This document shows, piece by piece, positions 33,515-57,508 of a DNA stretch of 64,000 bases (position 1 is the first letter of the stretch; every line of letters begins with the position of its first letter). The position numbers and the translations under genes are program-made. The notes under the pieces were generated by a model, which searched no databases, had not been told where the DNA came from, and saw only the letters and a program-made list of their open reading frames with translations. The stretch is from NCBI GenBank assembly GCA_030141605.1, contig JAQGDQ010000508.1, positions 62,001 to 126,000 on the forward strand, in the 5' to 3' direction. Origin of the DNA: Tubiluchus corallicola (Eukaryota; Animalia; Priapulida).

Positions 33515-36500
33515 TTACAACACAGTGTCTTCTATCACTCCTGGATCTTCCATTTGCAACTTATGCTTAAGAACGGCATCCAGTAGTTTCTTACGAGGTC
33601 CCATAGGGACACCAATTTCTTTAAGATCACTATCACTTATTATCATTAGTGCATCCAAGTCAATTTTTTCTTGGCATAGTAAAGGCATGATATCTTGTAA
33701 TCCAGTTGAAACGAGAAAAGCTGCTAAATGTGCATTTCCACTCATCTCATCTTCCTCTGGCAGTACCTCATCTCCCCAAGGAAGAGGTTCGTCGTGGCGA
33801 TTACGCTGTGCAAGGCTGCCCAGACTGCCAATACTCGCATCAGCTGTAGTAGACGAATCAGCTATTTTACCATAGTCGATGTCATCATCAGTAGCTTGAA
33901 TGGAATGGAAAGCATTTGCCATGGGGTCATGACGGAAAGCTACTTTACCAAATCCCGGCCGTTCAAATATGCTTGACGAATACAAATTTTTGGTATCATA
34001 GGGAGTGCCATCATCACCAAAACCAGAGTCTTGACCTATCGTGTGATAGATTTCCGGTTCAGAGGTAGCTCTGCCTAATCCTGACATTTTCCTATCAAAC
34101 ATCACACCATTTAGAGGTGACCTATTGCTTACACTATTACCAGCAAATAGTATTTCTGAATCATGATGAAATCCGCGTAATGATGACATAGTTCTTTTCC
34201 CACCATCGTGTTGCCCAACTTTGAATTCATTGTTCATTGTGCCAAACACTTTCTTCCCGTAAAGCTTTTTCTGTGTTCCACCTTTAGCCTTTTTTGTTGC
34301 CGTTGTGTTTGTGTAATCAGAGAAACGTGATGGCACACCAGACACTGTAGAATTCTTTTTATTCTTGTTAAAGCCTGGAAACAAATTTCTTAGAGTACCC
34401 CTATCTGCTTTTCCAGGTGCAATATCTTCTGAATGCCTTCTCTCCCATTCCTGTTCTTTCTGCTTTTCTTTTTCCATCTTAATTTCAGTTTTTCGCTGAA
34501 GTTTCTCAACTTGTTTCACCCGTTTTTCTGCATCGTGAAAACTTTTCTCTTTCATCTTTGCCACGGTTTTTTTGTTAAGCGCACTCTGCTTTGCCACACA
34601 TTCATCTAAATAGCCGACAACGTCCATGTGTTCTTCCATACCAGCCAAGTCAAGTGCTGTGTGGAACTGGTTATCCAATGCCCACATGTTGACTCCAAAA
34701 TGAATAAGGAAAGAAACACAGCTGAAGTGACCATTGTGGGCTGCCCAATGAAGTGCTGTATTTCCTATGAGAGAGCACTTGTCCGGATCGCCACTGCAAA
34801 GCAAACAAACATAACTTGATGAAACTGCAATTATAGTATTCAGCTAATAAGTCAGTACTTATGTGATTCGAACCACCTAAATGGACAAATTATAATTATT
34901 ATCAAGTGTTAGCATGCGGCCTGTGGGAAATTTTGCGAATTAATGATTTTTAATAGAGTTATAATTATTATAATGACATAACATGGTTACAGTGAACGCA
35001 GGTTTTCAGTTTCTGAAAGTCAGTTAGACACAGCCTTGTGGGTAAATGTGGACATTGTCATGGTTCATGCCAATTTCTAGAATGAATCTCAGTTATTTTT
35101 CCGTCAATCGCAGACCTGATTCTTCTAGGCAGTAACGTTAAATCCCTCATACTTTAGCGCCCACATAATTATGTAAAGGGAACGAAGCAACGAAAGATGA
35201 AGTTGTGTTTTTATTATGCACCTGGCGATTTAGAAAATGTAAATCCACTATATCTGATTGGAGGCTGAGCTACACATATTTATGTAAATTTACCGAAGGT
35301 GGACAAATCGACTAATCATTAAATTAAATATTGCAGCGCACCGTGATGAATAATTAAACGCCTAGGCAGGTTACTAACATCAACAATTAGTTCGAATTTG
35401 CATGCTAGTGTTTCTTTAAATAGCCCCCCCCTCCACAAAAACAATAGGCCTAGACAGTATTATTCCATTTCGACAGTTATAATTCATACACTCAGCAAAA
35501 ATGTCAAGCTAACGTAAGCCCGCGGAAGTTAGTATTTGTTCCTTGGTTATTATCAGGACTGGTGAGTATGCTGGAACGCGGACATTTGACAATATTTATA
35601 CAAACATTTTGCACAAAAACTATGTCATCTGAAGTGTTTTCTAAATTTTTCACCTGGGTAGTTATATTAACCAAGCATAAATCCGTGGCATCATAATGTC
35701 CCAGATCCTAATTATTTTCCCGTTAGTTCTGCTGATAATGCAGGGTCACGTGACAATAAATCGCAGGAGTGAAGACACCGCTTTTATTTGAGAGCGAAGG
35801 AGTCACAGAAAACTTGCAAGCTTGTAATTATTCTCTCAGTTTTACTTTTAATTTGAACGAGAAATCAAAATGGTGATACTAATATATCTCCCTTCATTCT
35901 CTTAATGATATTTTACAACTGGGTGTGAATAAAAATAAATAAATAAACATGATGAAGATGACAATCCTTAAAACAAATTATATGGTAATCCGAACTCCAA
36001 CAGCGCTGAGGGCCTACATCTGGTTTCTTATGTTTTATAATTCGTCCAAAAAGGTGTTAAAGTGTGGAGCTAATTTTTATTTAACCTTCGCAACACCAGC
36101 AACGTTTGCAACATGTGAAACAACCTAGGAAACTGACAATGCTCTAAACCACAGTAAGTCACACTGTCACAGATTTTGACTTTGCCAGTGCTACGTGACT
36201 TAAAATCTCACATGGCTAATTCTTCGCTTCTCAATGTACTAACATCCTAATAACAAGGGCGTTTACGTGAAGTTTCATGTGCAGAGGCTGAGCCACAGGT
36301 GTACTTGATGAAATATTGATGACTTAGTAACGATCGGTCTCGGTGTAACTAAGGTGAATAAACTCTGCGACTGCTCACCTGTAATTTTATAGGGGACGTT
36401 AAAACTCATGCACAACAAGCTTGTATTATTTATGCAAGTAAACTATCAATTTTAGTTTACCGGAATAGGACACACGCCAGCTATCACGTCGCACGTGGCA

Positions 36501-39500
36501 AAAAACGAAAAATTCTGTTGTTAATAACGGTAGTTCGTCTAATGTGTTTTAACAGAATCACAAATTTATAACAGTAACATGATTCAAAAAGGTTGCCACT
36601 GCAATTATTGCATCGGTTTTAAAACATTCTGTGAAAAAAGTATACCCAATTTTACCCATGTTGTGCTCTTAAATGTTCTAGAATACTATAGTGCTCTATA
36701 CTATCCGATAAAATGCATAATATCATTGAGTGATCACTGCTACATTGTGTGATAAGATTAACTTCGGTTTTAACTTAATATAGATTAACATAATGAGATT
36801 TTTTGCGACCAAGGTTGTTTACAATTCGCGATGAACTGTTTCCCTCATGCACTTTCCAATGGTGTGTATGGTACATTATTCTTTTGTGAAAAGACTTCTA
36901 AAGCAAACTTACATTATTAGTGATTTAAACCATGTGTAGAGATAACTGACAATGCCTCTGCAAAAATGATAAAGACTATAAGAATGTCCTACGTTCTCCC
37001 TCTTCACAGAAAATACCAGATAACACATGCTAAGTTAATCCGAACAATTCATTTGTTCCCTAAATAGAAAATTGCTCAGTATAGGATTATACGAGAGTGA
37101 GACCATTGTAAGGATAACCTAGTTACACAGAAAACTCTTTTCAAGAATGGTAAGGATGACAGAGAACTTCATTTAATTTAGCTACAACAATAGTAGCTCT
37201 AGTAAGTATCTAGATTTTGTATTACAACAGCAGTACGTAATGTGACGACAACGGCGACGGACACAGGCCTGCATGTCAATCTGTCTCGTGCTGCAACAGC
37301 TTACAATTGGTAGATAACATTATATTTATTATTTTGAGCCAGCTTTTCAATTAAAAAGATCACACAACAGTTAGGTAAATCCGCTTTATCTCACGAGACT
37401 TGAAAATTTTTCGATAGGTACAGACAGACGACAAAGCCGGAAATGGCAAGCCATAAAATGATAATTTATATCATCCATAAAATATGACGCCTAGACTACG
37501 TAACTCAGACTTAACTCAGCCTCATTTAATTTTGAACTCTAGTCTCTTCAAACAAAATATTATTATAACTTAATCAGAAATATTAAAATTTGCGGGACTG
37601 TACTGTATTACAGACAATCTGAACTTTAAAAATAATAGAATGTAACCTATGTTAAAAAGAAAAGCTTAAAGATGAAGTCAAAAGACACAAATCACCATCA
37701 CTGCCGCCGTTTCTCACAAAGGTCTACGCTCATCTCGAATGACTATTATTTTGTTAATTATCAACATAATTTTTCACTGCCACGGGTGTTTTGTTCACAT
37801 TGCCATATGCCACATTGCTATCATCTCGGGCTTCATGGAGTATTTTTTTTGAATTTGCAAAAACAAAACGTGTTAAGTTAAGCAGTCAGTCGGAAAGAGT
37901 GTGTGAACAGTAAGAATCTTCAGAAACGGACAAAAGGTTTGCGTAACTATCATGTAGTTTTTACGTGTGTCACTGTCACGCACGTCCTCCTTTTCACTTG
38001 CATTCAACCTGATGTATTGCAACAAAGTGACCAAACTGGCATATGACTCATCATTTCCAGCGTTAATATAAACAAAAAATAACGTAATTACAAACCGTAA
38101 ATATAGCTTAGTACACGGAAAATGTCCTTTACAAGGGCATAACTAAAATAACGTGTTCAGGTGTTCTCGTGGATGTGGCCAGGTAACGACCCCTCTATGA
38201 CTCACTGGCTCTATGTTTTCCATGACCATCATCTTGAATTTAGAGGATTAAGCTTGACAGTAAGCTAGGTAAAGTCCCACATGACCATCAAAGTAGCAGT
38301 TAGGAGGTACACTGCTCACAAAAAATGTATGAAAACAACCTATCGAACATATCACGAGTAACAACTATCATTAACTTGGACTATCGAAAAATTTAATCCA
38401 GCTAATAAAATCACAGGTAAAAAGTCACAGGAAAAAAGAAATAGCCCTACCCCATAGCCCAAACACTAACGCAAAGATGATAAACAAAACATGTTTTTTC
38501 ACATGTAGTGCCATCACATATATATAGGATTGTCAATACGTACAAGTCATGTATTGCCAGCTAACAATTTATTTAAAATATTTTATTGCCTTCATTGTTT
38601 ACGGTACTTAAATAAATTGTGAATAATTTGATCATTTTCGTTTGATTACCTGACATTCTTTCCTAACCAACGTTGTGACTTTAATCTGTAACTTTTTTCC
38701 TGTGAATTTACTACCGGTCACTGAAAAATTCAAGACTAGGGCTTACAAATATAAATGAGGTTACACCGTGCAACTTTGTTTTTTAACAATGGATTGAAAA
38801 CTAGAAAGTACAGATAATCTGATTTGTTAAGGATTATACTTACCGCTTAACAGATTTGCAATACCAGAGAGTAGAGTTCACTGTTTCTTACAGGCGAGCG
38901 TAGGCGTGAAAGAAGAGCAAATTGCAACGGAATTTCGGCGAAGTATGAAAATAAAGGGTACTGGTACATAAAATGTTTTCAACAAATTATATCATTACAG
39001 AGAGATCACGTAAACCTTCGGCGAGTCTAATAACGTGTAGGGGGCGTTGTAAATTAAACATTGGTTAGCAAAGTAGCAATTGACCTACAGATACATAATT
39101 TAGGAAAGAATAATTTAAGCCCATCTAGGGATAAGTGGGGTAACCTTTGAAGCCAATTCAGTCTTAAACTACTCCTGACCTCAGCGGTTCCTGCAAACAG
39201 AAATGGGAAACCCTGATATTCTGTACGCTGAGCAGACAACTGATTGTGATAATTTGTAGCTGGGCAAATAACTGATTGTGATTTTTGCGGCTATTCATTA
39301 CCTTGACTATATCTAACTTATTACTTTGACCTCAGCTATTCTGCAATTATTTAAAAATCATTCCCCAAAATTTAACTGAAATATTGCGATTGAACTGACG
39401 TCAGTCGGGGTTCGTTTGGCATTATTATCTGACATCTGGTTATGCTCGAGCACATGGCTTGGACTTCAGCCATTAAGTCTGTAAAATGGTGCAATGTCAC

Positions 39501-42500
39501 CAGTTACAGTAGACAACAAATTACATCTCAAGCTTAAGCCTAGTCTCATAGACAAAGTGCGACTATAATTAAGTTTTCTGTGCAATTTTAGGATCATTCA
39601 CTTTAAACGATATTCACTTATGTGTCTGACTTCCCTTATAAACCGAGGCTAACATATCTTATTGGTTAATTCTTTTGATTTAAAAAATAAATTACATCTT
39701 GAACAAGGTTGTGTGCCTTTTGGTAGGCTACTCGTGGCGGTATTGGTTGCACGGATGCAAACTCTTCATCAAATTTTAATGCATCGGCCTACTGTAGCTT
39801 GACTGTATATAGTTAGTTAATAAACACGCAGATAACAAAATGGCAACGCCCGCTAGAATTAGATTAATGTGCCTATAAATTTAAATGGAAAATTAAACTG
39901 TCACTTCTGTAAAAGTATAATTTAAAATACTATGTTATGTAGAGCTATACTATGGTATATATTGTAAAGCTGCAGTAAGTTAAAACTCTGGCATTATTTT
40001 GTGGTTATATAGGGAAATTTGCTTACTCATTGCGTGATTTAGTTGATTACACATAGCGTGCAACTTGTTATTACAATTTTGTGATAACTGCGAAAAAATA
40101 ACTTGTGAACATTTCATGAAAGATATGCGGAATCTAGTCGGAAGTGACTGATCTTACAAAAACAATTATTGTATCTCAAACATGAAAAACTGTTTTACGG
40201 AACTTATTGGTCTGTAATTTTGCTAGGGAACTTAAAAACCGTTTTGAAGAACGAGGCGACCACATAAAACGATATAAATGGCTGCTTTTGTTTACTTAGA
40301 CTATGGTCATTAAGCTGTTCAGGTACTGATCTGCAACTCGCCAGGGTTAAAGCTTACAAATTCTAAAATCTAAAGAGTGGCATGTATTAATGACTTTATC
40401 GAGTCTAGTTCAAGCTTATGCCATTTCTGTCAAAATACGCCTTCAGTGCAAACATTACCAAACAAAATTCATGCGACCTTTGAGCATGTCAAGTACACTG
40501 ATGACAGTTGCTAGATTTATGTTATAAGATAAGAATGGTAAAATCCGATATATAGCTTAGAACAGTTAACTTGCCATTTCAGTCTTGTGATCATTATTAA
40601 TCAGACGCAAGTTACACGGAATGCCAAATAAAAATTACAGATTTCATAGAATTACAGGTTACAGTTGGTTTGCAGGGGTTGACATCCTAGCAAATGGGCA
40701 GAAGTTCCGACAGAACTGCGTGTTACCATATTAATGTGTATTAACTCGAAAACGGTGTTTACCCAGTGCAAGGCGCATGACGGATTTCAACATGGCCTCC
40801 TCCGCTTCCTCTGCTTTATTTAGTAATAATTTGCAAATAAACAAAACAACGAGAAATTCCTCAAACTTAGCTGCTTATCGTTAATAAATAATCTACTTTA
40901 TGCGCAGTATCAACTGAAAAACTAAATTTAAATCCAAAATTACGACAGATTCTGAGATATTATGGCTTCTGTTAAAAATTATAAATTTAGTATATACTGT
41001 GCTACAAGTATAACCCGATTTAAGACCATTTCTCCGTGGCATATTGTACAGTTTGTAATGACATAAACTGAGAAACAGAACTGAAGTATTCTTGCACGAA
41101 AATAAGAGTGTAGCATGATGAACTAATACATAATACGTGTTACGTCGGCATACTTAACAACTGCCACACTTTTCAGTAAATATATAAACCATTTTAACTT
41201 TTTAACAATAAAGTAAAATGCAGTCAATAAAATCAAAGGTGAGAATTATTACTTTATGGCTTAACACACCTGAAAACACGAGGCGAAAGTCCATACTTAC
41301 AGTGTCAAAAGAGCAATCTGCAAATACAGTAATATTCAATCAGCTACTCTATTATGGTAGAGTAGACTATAGGGTACTACCGTAAGTCTTTTCGACATCT
41401 TTTTACAAGAATAGGAGAAATAAAAGCCATGGTTTCCAATTTACATGTAAATTTAGTCAAGTTTTCACGTTAACAAGTACAATGTATGCTACATTTCCAA
41501 GTTCCTATATACCATCACAACGACAGAGTAAGTAATCCCCACGTCATTTGTTAAAGCCCAAATTGTTATAACCGTTTACTGCTTTACCTGCAGCTATATA
41601 ATTTGCTCCACACCTCCAGGGACCTTGTTAAACGTTTGTAAAACATGACTTTCAAACAGCTAAAAATCGCAAGTGAAACATTAATATGGCACAAAGGCAA
41701 AAAGCAGAGTCCAGAAACTCAAAATGATTAATAATTGATTTACCCTTCACGAACTACCTACAATTTTGTTACTTAGATAGCTACTTTGACGCCACCTTCT
41801 TATTTCCCTAGCAGGAAAGAAACGTAAAATTTGTGCTGCAGAAAATAACAGCTATTTGCGCTTTTCACGAAATGTTCTACAATGACAACAGTCAGTGTTT
41901 TCGTTCCATTGTACAGTGTTATTACATAATTAGATGAAAACGCTGATCCTATAATTATTGCAGTTTTCAAAACATTATAACAGGCCCTAATTTCACTTTC
42001 ACCCCAGTTCATCACATTGGCCGAGCAACTGTAATAGATTGCTCTAAAGTTATGTCACTTAAATAGAACAGACTCGCAGTGTAATTATTATTATTATGCC
42101 AAACAACCTGCCAAGAGTTTTATTTCTGGCCAGACTGCTGTATCTGCATTATATGGTTTTATACATCACTTAGCCAACCGGACATCGTTCTGAGCACTTA
42201 TTTATTTACTCTTGGGCCTAATCTATTAGCTGTATACATAGGCCTAAGCTTTACACAAACAGTCCTATAAATATGACTTGTTGCATTAAGTGTGAGTTAT
42301 GAAGAGTTTCTGTTGAGCAGACGAACATAAACGTGTCAGTTTACTGCAAAATATTTAATTAATGTCTTAGATGGATACTGTACAATGTACACTAGACGAC
42401 CTCCATGAATATAAACAGTACAGCATGATAACTAGATGTATCACACGACGCAGCATCATGACTACAAGTAAAAGTCATGAATACAACAGCATTCTTGAAA

Positions 42501-43458
42501 TAAGTGAAGTATTGTATTTTAATTAATTGAATTACTATTAATTGCACCAAAATATCATTTTAAATATTTTGAATGGTTTGTGTTACAACGTTCTCTGACA
42601 TACAGTTTGTACTTCAAAATGGAAGAATGTGCTAAAGCATATATAAAGCAATACACTATGCAAAGAAAGACAGAATGCTAAACAATCCCACGAATATCAA
42701 ATTGGGTTGCATAATAGAATACGGTGAACGGTAATTAAGTCACAGAAAAAAATCACAATTTTGGCTACGGTTAAGGTTAGGTGTCAGGGTTAGGATTATT
42801 TTTTACACTGACTTTTTTACTTGTAACTTTAATATTATCTGGATTCTAAAACACATGTATTTACAATGAATAAGAACCTACAAAGTCTAAAAAAACTTGG
42901 CAAATTAAAAAAGTGATACTAGTCAAAACTGACAAAAACCATAGAAAGATGGTGCTTAAAAATTTATGAATTTGTGCAGTAAAATTATATAAGTCCATAA
43001 TTTAGAACTTATGCCCATAAAACATCATTAATTTTAATCAGAAATTACATAAGCATTTCAATCAATAATTATTCTTAAAGTATACATCCAAGTAATATTT
43101 ATCACACAGTACGTGCCAGCACTAAAAGCAATTTTACTCTCTTTTTAATTAGTTTTTTATACTTTAAAAGTCATTCAGATAAAAAGATTGCGAAAGGGGG
43201 GGGGGTCAACGAGACAAAAGCTTTCAGGTTACAGGGTTAACTTCGATTATCTAGCAACATTTCTCAACCACAAAGCAAATTTTATACTAACCCACGATAA
43301 CAAATGAGGCGCAGGGCATCCAAGTTGCCATGAAAAGCCGCCCACAACGTTGGCGTCATTCCATCTTCGTCCGGCTTGTTTAAATCACGTTTATTTCCTT
43401 CTCGAAGCAGATCCAAGTAGCCATCTCTGGCCGCCTTGTGAAACTTATCGTCCCCCAT
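33515..43458 (-). CDS. USH1G: Usher syndrome 1G protein SANS / ANKS4B homologue (ankyrin repeats, SAM domain, PDZ-binding tail), 481 aa
   Basis: Exon 1 43458-43292 ([56 protein letters not shown]) splices in phase 2 to exon 2 34793-33515 ([30 protein letters not shown]; central [15 protein letters not shown]; [27 protein letters not shown]; ends IEDTVL). Intron is ~8.5 kb. Confidence 0.95.
38408..38716. mobile_element. Palindromic dispersed repeat with AAAAAGTCACAG motifs and degenerate CCCTAA-like core (related copy ~42728-42830)
   Basis: AAAATCACAGGTAAAAAGTCACAGGAAAAAAG at the left; TTGTGACTTT..CTTTTTTCCTGTGAATTTACTACCG at the right. Similar motifs at 42728 flank GGTTAAGGTTAGG..GGGTTAGG. 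Confidence 0.5.
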
Positions 43459-43616
43459 ATCATGGAAAACTTACACAACTTTACGGCAAAAATGAGCGCT
43501 GAACACTTGGCAAGATAAAACAATGTACGCGGCCGTATTTACACATACTAAATCTGCGCTGACTGTACCACCAATACTCTCTACTCAGTCCAACAGCAGT
43601 TACAATCACAGGCGAA

Positions 43617-43624
43617 TGACGTCA
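43617..43624. promoter_or_regulatory. Perfect CRE palindrome TGACGTCA ~160 bp upstream of the USH1G start codon
   Basis: Exact 8-bp CREB/ATF consensus in a relatively CpG-rich stretch 5' of the ATG at 43458. Function untested. Confidence 0.35.
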
Positions 43625-44883
43625 CTCGACTGTTTCACTCAGGTAACGAGCAAAGGTAAACTGGAAGGTCTCACGACGCCAAAATATCCTATCCAAGCGT
43701 AGAATATCACACGAGTAGTTTTGCCGATCGGACCAGCGACCGGGCACTGATTACTTTGCCTCGCAGATAGAGTTTTTACCATAGCATAATTATAATAATA
43801 TTTAGCAAGTTTAACAACTACAGTCTACGGTGCATACGCCTGTAGTGAAGGCGTAGTAACTTCTTTATTTAATGAGTGTTTTTGGCGACAATAAAAAAAC
43901 TTTAATAAGGTTTATGTAAAATATTTGAAAGTTACACAAACCCAGATGATATCTAAACATTCTTACTTTATACGATCACAGAACATTTTTCAGCTGTATA
44001 ATGCATTCTTTTATAGGGTTATACTATAAACTGTTTGGTTTAGACGTACAGTCTTAAATATCTGAAGAATGCGCAATATTGAATTAGACAAATTTTATAA
44101 ATTGTCACTGTTATTAATTTTTACAATAATTTTGACAAATTGACATGTAATTATAATTAACTCTGTGTAATTCTACTGGAAGTTAAAGAAGACAAATGTG
44201 CTAAATGTTGAACTAGAAGCTTTAGAATGAAGACAGAAAAAGGCTTGCATCAAAAACATTACTAAACTAATTAAATTTGAAACTGCACTGTTACCAAAAT
44301 TACATTATTCAATTAGATGAGGCCACCAGTTTACAATACCAAAAGTGATACGAAGCAGATATAAAATAGTTTCATACCTATATAGCTGCAGTTCTGTTTA
44401 GTAATAATCATGTCCATAAATCGTAAAACAAATTTATTTTTTCAATTCAAAATATTTTTATGTGTAATACTGTATGTACATTTTTATCTAATTGTAATAT
44501 CGAAGTGCATTTTTAAGCATAATGCATAAAATCTTAAATCTTGAGTTAAATAACTTTCATTTTTATAAATAAAACATTCAATCAAAAACCAGAAAGAAAC
44601 AACTTCTTGAAATAAAGCAGTATTTTCAGTCATTATACAGCTAGTTAATTAATCACCGCCAAACACTAGAGCTTTAATACAAATTTATCCGTGTTTTCAG
44701 CCAACTTAACCCATATGCAGTGAAGGGAAAGCCAAGCAGGTAAAATTACCTGCACTTTAATAGCTTTTGCTGCATTTTGGAAAAATAAAGGCAACCTATA
44801 ATCAGTGTGTTGCTGAGAAAAATAAAGACAAGTTCAAATGCTCCTATACATAATGCATTAAAGAGATCTATTTATTAATGTTA

Positions 44884-54098
<9,215 letters not shown>

Positions 54099-55339
54099 CG
54101 CATAACACTAGAAAACAAGTCACACTGAAAAAAATTAATTTTTGAAGAAATTATTGTAAATTATAAACAAGCTCAAAACATGCTGCCCTATACCATAACA
54201 AAAAGTATGCATTTAAAAATTTTCAGTTTCACCTAGATGATCAAAATAAGTTGAGGAAAAAACGTAAATGTGGTGCTTTCAACACACTTGCATTCTGTAG
54301 TTGTCATAAACTAGATGTATGGCTTAATTAATAATAACAACGATGACAAAATTGCACCAAATTATAAGTTTATAGACACTTATTACCATCATTCATGAAC
54401 GGAAACTTTGAGGTGCAATTAAAATTTACCTACTTTTAGCTACAGTTAGCTATTTTCAAATGTTTATGCATATACATAGAGATAACCATCTAAATGTTTA
54501 ACATATATCTTCAGGACATAAGTCTTAAGAACAAAAAAATAATTAACTGAATAAAATAATAATTCTAAAGAAAATATAATTAATATGATGGCATAAGTGT
54601 ATAGTACAGGAGAACGGGTAGCAAAAAACTGAATAGTGATCATGTTATGTCATTGTCTTGCTGTCAGCTGTTTAGGCAATATCAGTCAGTTTTGCAAAAA
54701 ATGGGAAAAATTGACTTCACTTGCCAAAAAGCAATGGCTTGATGGATTACCTAAAAACTCTTGAATGACTACACTTTAAAGGGTATGTTATTATTTTATA
54801 AAAGAATGAAATAAACATTTAAAATAGTTTTTAAATAAATGTACTTGTTATTTGCTAGATTGTACTGAAGTGGAACTACTTAGAATGAGCTGTAATGTGT
54901 ATTGCTTGTTTTCAAAAAGCGGAGCTTGCTAGGTTCCAGCATGTGCTCAAAGAAGACAGAGTTGTCACTCAAACTATTTACTTTCACCCTTCAGAAGCAC
55001 AGAAGCAGCACTAACTGCCATAATTACAGCATCACATATATTACTTCAGTGCCAGTAAAGGGATGAACAGCTTATCTAGCTGTTCACCAACATAGCAGCT
55101 CTTGACTGCATAATTGCAACACGCCTGGAGATTAGCTGTCATGACGCTCTTGTAGACTTACTGTCTGTCTGAAAATTTAAGCGAAAAAACAGTAGAGCGA
55201 GCGCGAGTGCCACACGTGAAGCTCAACATCGTAAGTTTACAGTTTAAATCAGTAATTCTTGTATTGAAGGTATTTCATATTGTATTAAAGTTTTGAAAAA
55301 ATAGCTAGTGCCAATATTGCAATATTACCATTGTCATCA

Positions 55340-57185
55340 TCATCATCATCACCACCATCATCAAATCCTCATTCTATCTGTTGTAGACATTGAGAGCATT
55401 CCACCCACTTCTATCTGCAGCTAACAGTATAAGTTCTTCTGCTCCTAAAACTAGCTATGGTTGAAGTTTTTGTACACCTTTATTTATCTTCGCTATCCAA
55501 GTGATTTTTGGTTTGCTAGGTGATTTTTTGCAAGGCTTAAAGTCTTGTCTTCTCCGATTCTTACTGATGTGTCACTAGGTAATCTGAGGTGTCCTAACCA
55601 TGTTAGTCTTTGGAGCTTGACTTTTGCACTCCAAGGAATTTCCTTTATTCCAATGTGTAAATCTACATTTCTGATTATGAAAGGTTATCTTATTATTAAA
55701 ATTTCCTTAGAAGACTTCTATGAAATATATCAATCTGCTTTTCTTGAGTGATTGCCAAGCCCTATTTTTGCTGTTGTCCATAAAATATGTTAGTAACGTA
55801 TGCATCAAATTATCGAAGTCTTGTGTTAAGACTTATTTCTTGACAGTTAATACACTCTTGTGTTGAACAAAAGCAAGCTTTAATATCACCTTCAGTGTTG
55901 AAAAAAATGCACATATATTTACGTGTGTTCCATGACTGATTATCACCTTTTGCAATATTATACTCTTCTGTTTTAGAACAATTTTTAGTTTTTTTTCGGA
56001 AACCCCCTTTTCACTACGTCTGTTTGAATATCTGATACTCTAATCCAGCTTGCATCGTCTGCGCATTCTTAATCAACTAGGAATGGTTCATAAGATTCCA
56101 AAGCAGAAAGGTGTGGTCCAGAATATGCTGTGAAACATTATCGCAGAGTGCAGCATCATAATCAAGATCATCATTTGGAAGAGTTTGAATTTTAAGTGCA
56201 TTTTCCAGGTAGAGCTTGAAAAGTACAGTCCACATGAGAGACCCCAAAACTCAAACTAAAAATTCTTCCTATGATATTCCCAACTTTTACACTACATTTA
56301 ACATCATCATATTATCATTATCATCATATTATTATGTGTGCATTCATAAAGGACATAAGATTCTGAACCTTCTGCTGCAAAGCATTTTGGTCCTTAGGTA
56401 CTCTCCAGGATTAAGTGTATTTCACAATTAGAGATGTTCCATTCAGGTCTTTTTATGTGAAATCAATTCACGTAAGTAATTTGCTGCCTCTTGGGCTCCT
56501 TGATGGTTGATAAGACCATGGAAAACTTTATCAAGTGAGTTATCTTCTTGTAACCTTAGAGCGTGACCCGCTCAATTAAGTCTTCAGCGTTTGATCTTCC
56601 TCGTCCATTTTTCTTCCTAGATTTAATCATACAAATCTTTGTTGTTTCATCTCTAGGTGCTTTTACGTTCTAAAACAGCACGTCCCACCTATTGATGCCA
56701 TGCACTTCTGTCCACTGCCACCTCCCACGATGCATTATCCCTTAAATCTAGAGTTGTGTTTGCTAGATCTTTTTGCGGCAAATCTATGTAATGCTATAGG
56801 AAGAAGAGAGTCTTCGAGTAATCTTAGTGCAAGCCCAATCTAGTGCAATCTTCCTACTTGTAGTTGTATTTGTTTAATCCAAGGATTCAAGTTTGTTGCT
56901 TTCTTCTTTCTTTTGTTGCTCTAAACATCCATTATAGACACAAAGCCTCTATCTTTATTAGAGCACTCTACTGTTCCTCCACTCTTCCTGTAATGCCATT
57001 GTATAATGTTAAGTTTGGTTCCAGCTGTCGTAAATCTTTAATTATTAATTCTTGAGATCCAAGTTGTTTTTGGTTTGCCTGGAGTTGGTTTAGTAGGTAT
57101 CAGTGACTAGTTTAATGCTAATCGTACTGGTGCTGTTTTTGGCAATCTCATAAAATGTCCTACCCATCTTAGCATTCTGATTTTC
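55340..57185 (-). mobile_element. Cluster of decayed non-LTR retrotransposon (RTE-like) fragments
   Basis: Minus-strand remnants: a CADD (YADD-like) motif at ~56052-56066, and three C-terminal RT-tail motifs: RLTWLGH..PKITWI (~55495-55615), RLN*AGHALR (~56555-56590), RMLRWVGHFMRLPKTAPVR..GKPKTTWIS (~57055-57180). Many stops and frameshifts. Confidence 0.65.
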
Positions 57186-57508
57186 GATAATAATAACAAC
57201 AACAATAATAATAACAAATTTGTTGCTTTCTTTTTCAAATTCTCATTCCACCTATTGTAGGCACCGAGTAATCAAGATTTTAGAGAATTCTACCCATTTC
57301 TATCTCCAGCTTATAGCGTAAATTCTTATACTCCTTGTTGTTGCTTACAATTTCATTCGTTACGTTGGTACCTTACAATACGGGAGCTCTGTGTACAGTT
57401 TATATTATGGTATTTAAAGTTTATTCCGGTTTTATTGTGATTGTCTGATTTCCACAGTTCGATCAAAAGCCGCATTCCCTGTTCGGTGCTCAAGGGTTCA
57501 GTGTTCAC

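Noticed and set aside
33525-33976. Plus-strand ORFs overlapping USH1G exon 2
   Set aside because: Antisense shadows of the real coding exon.
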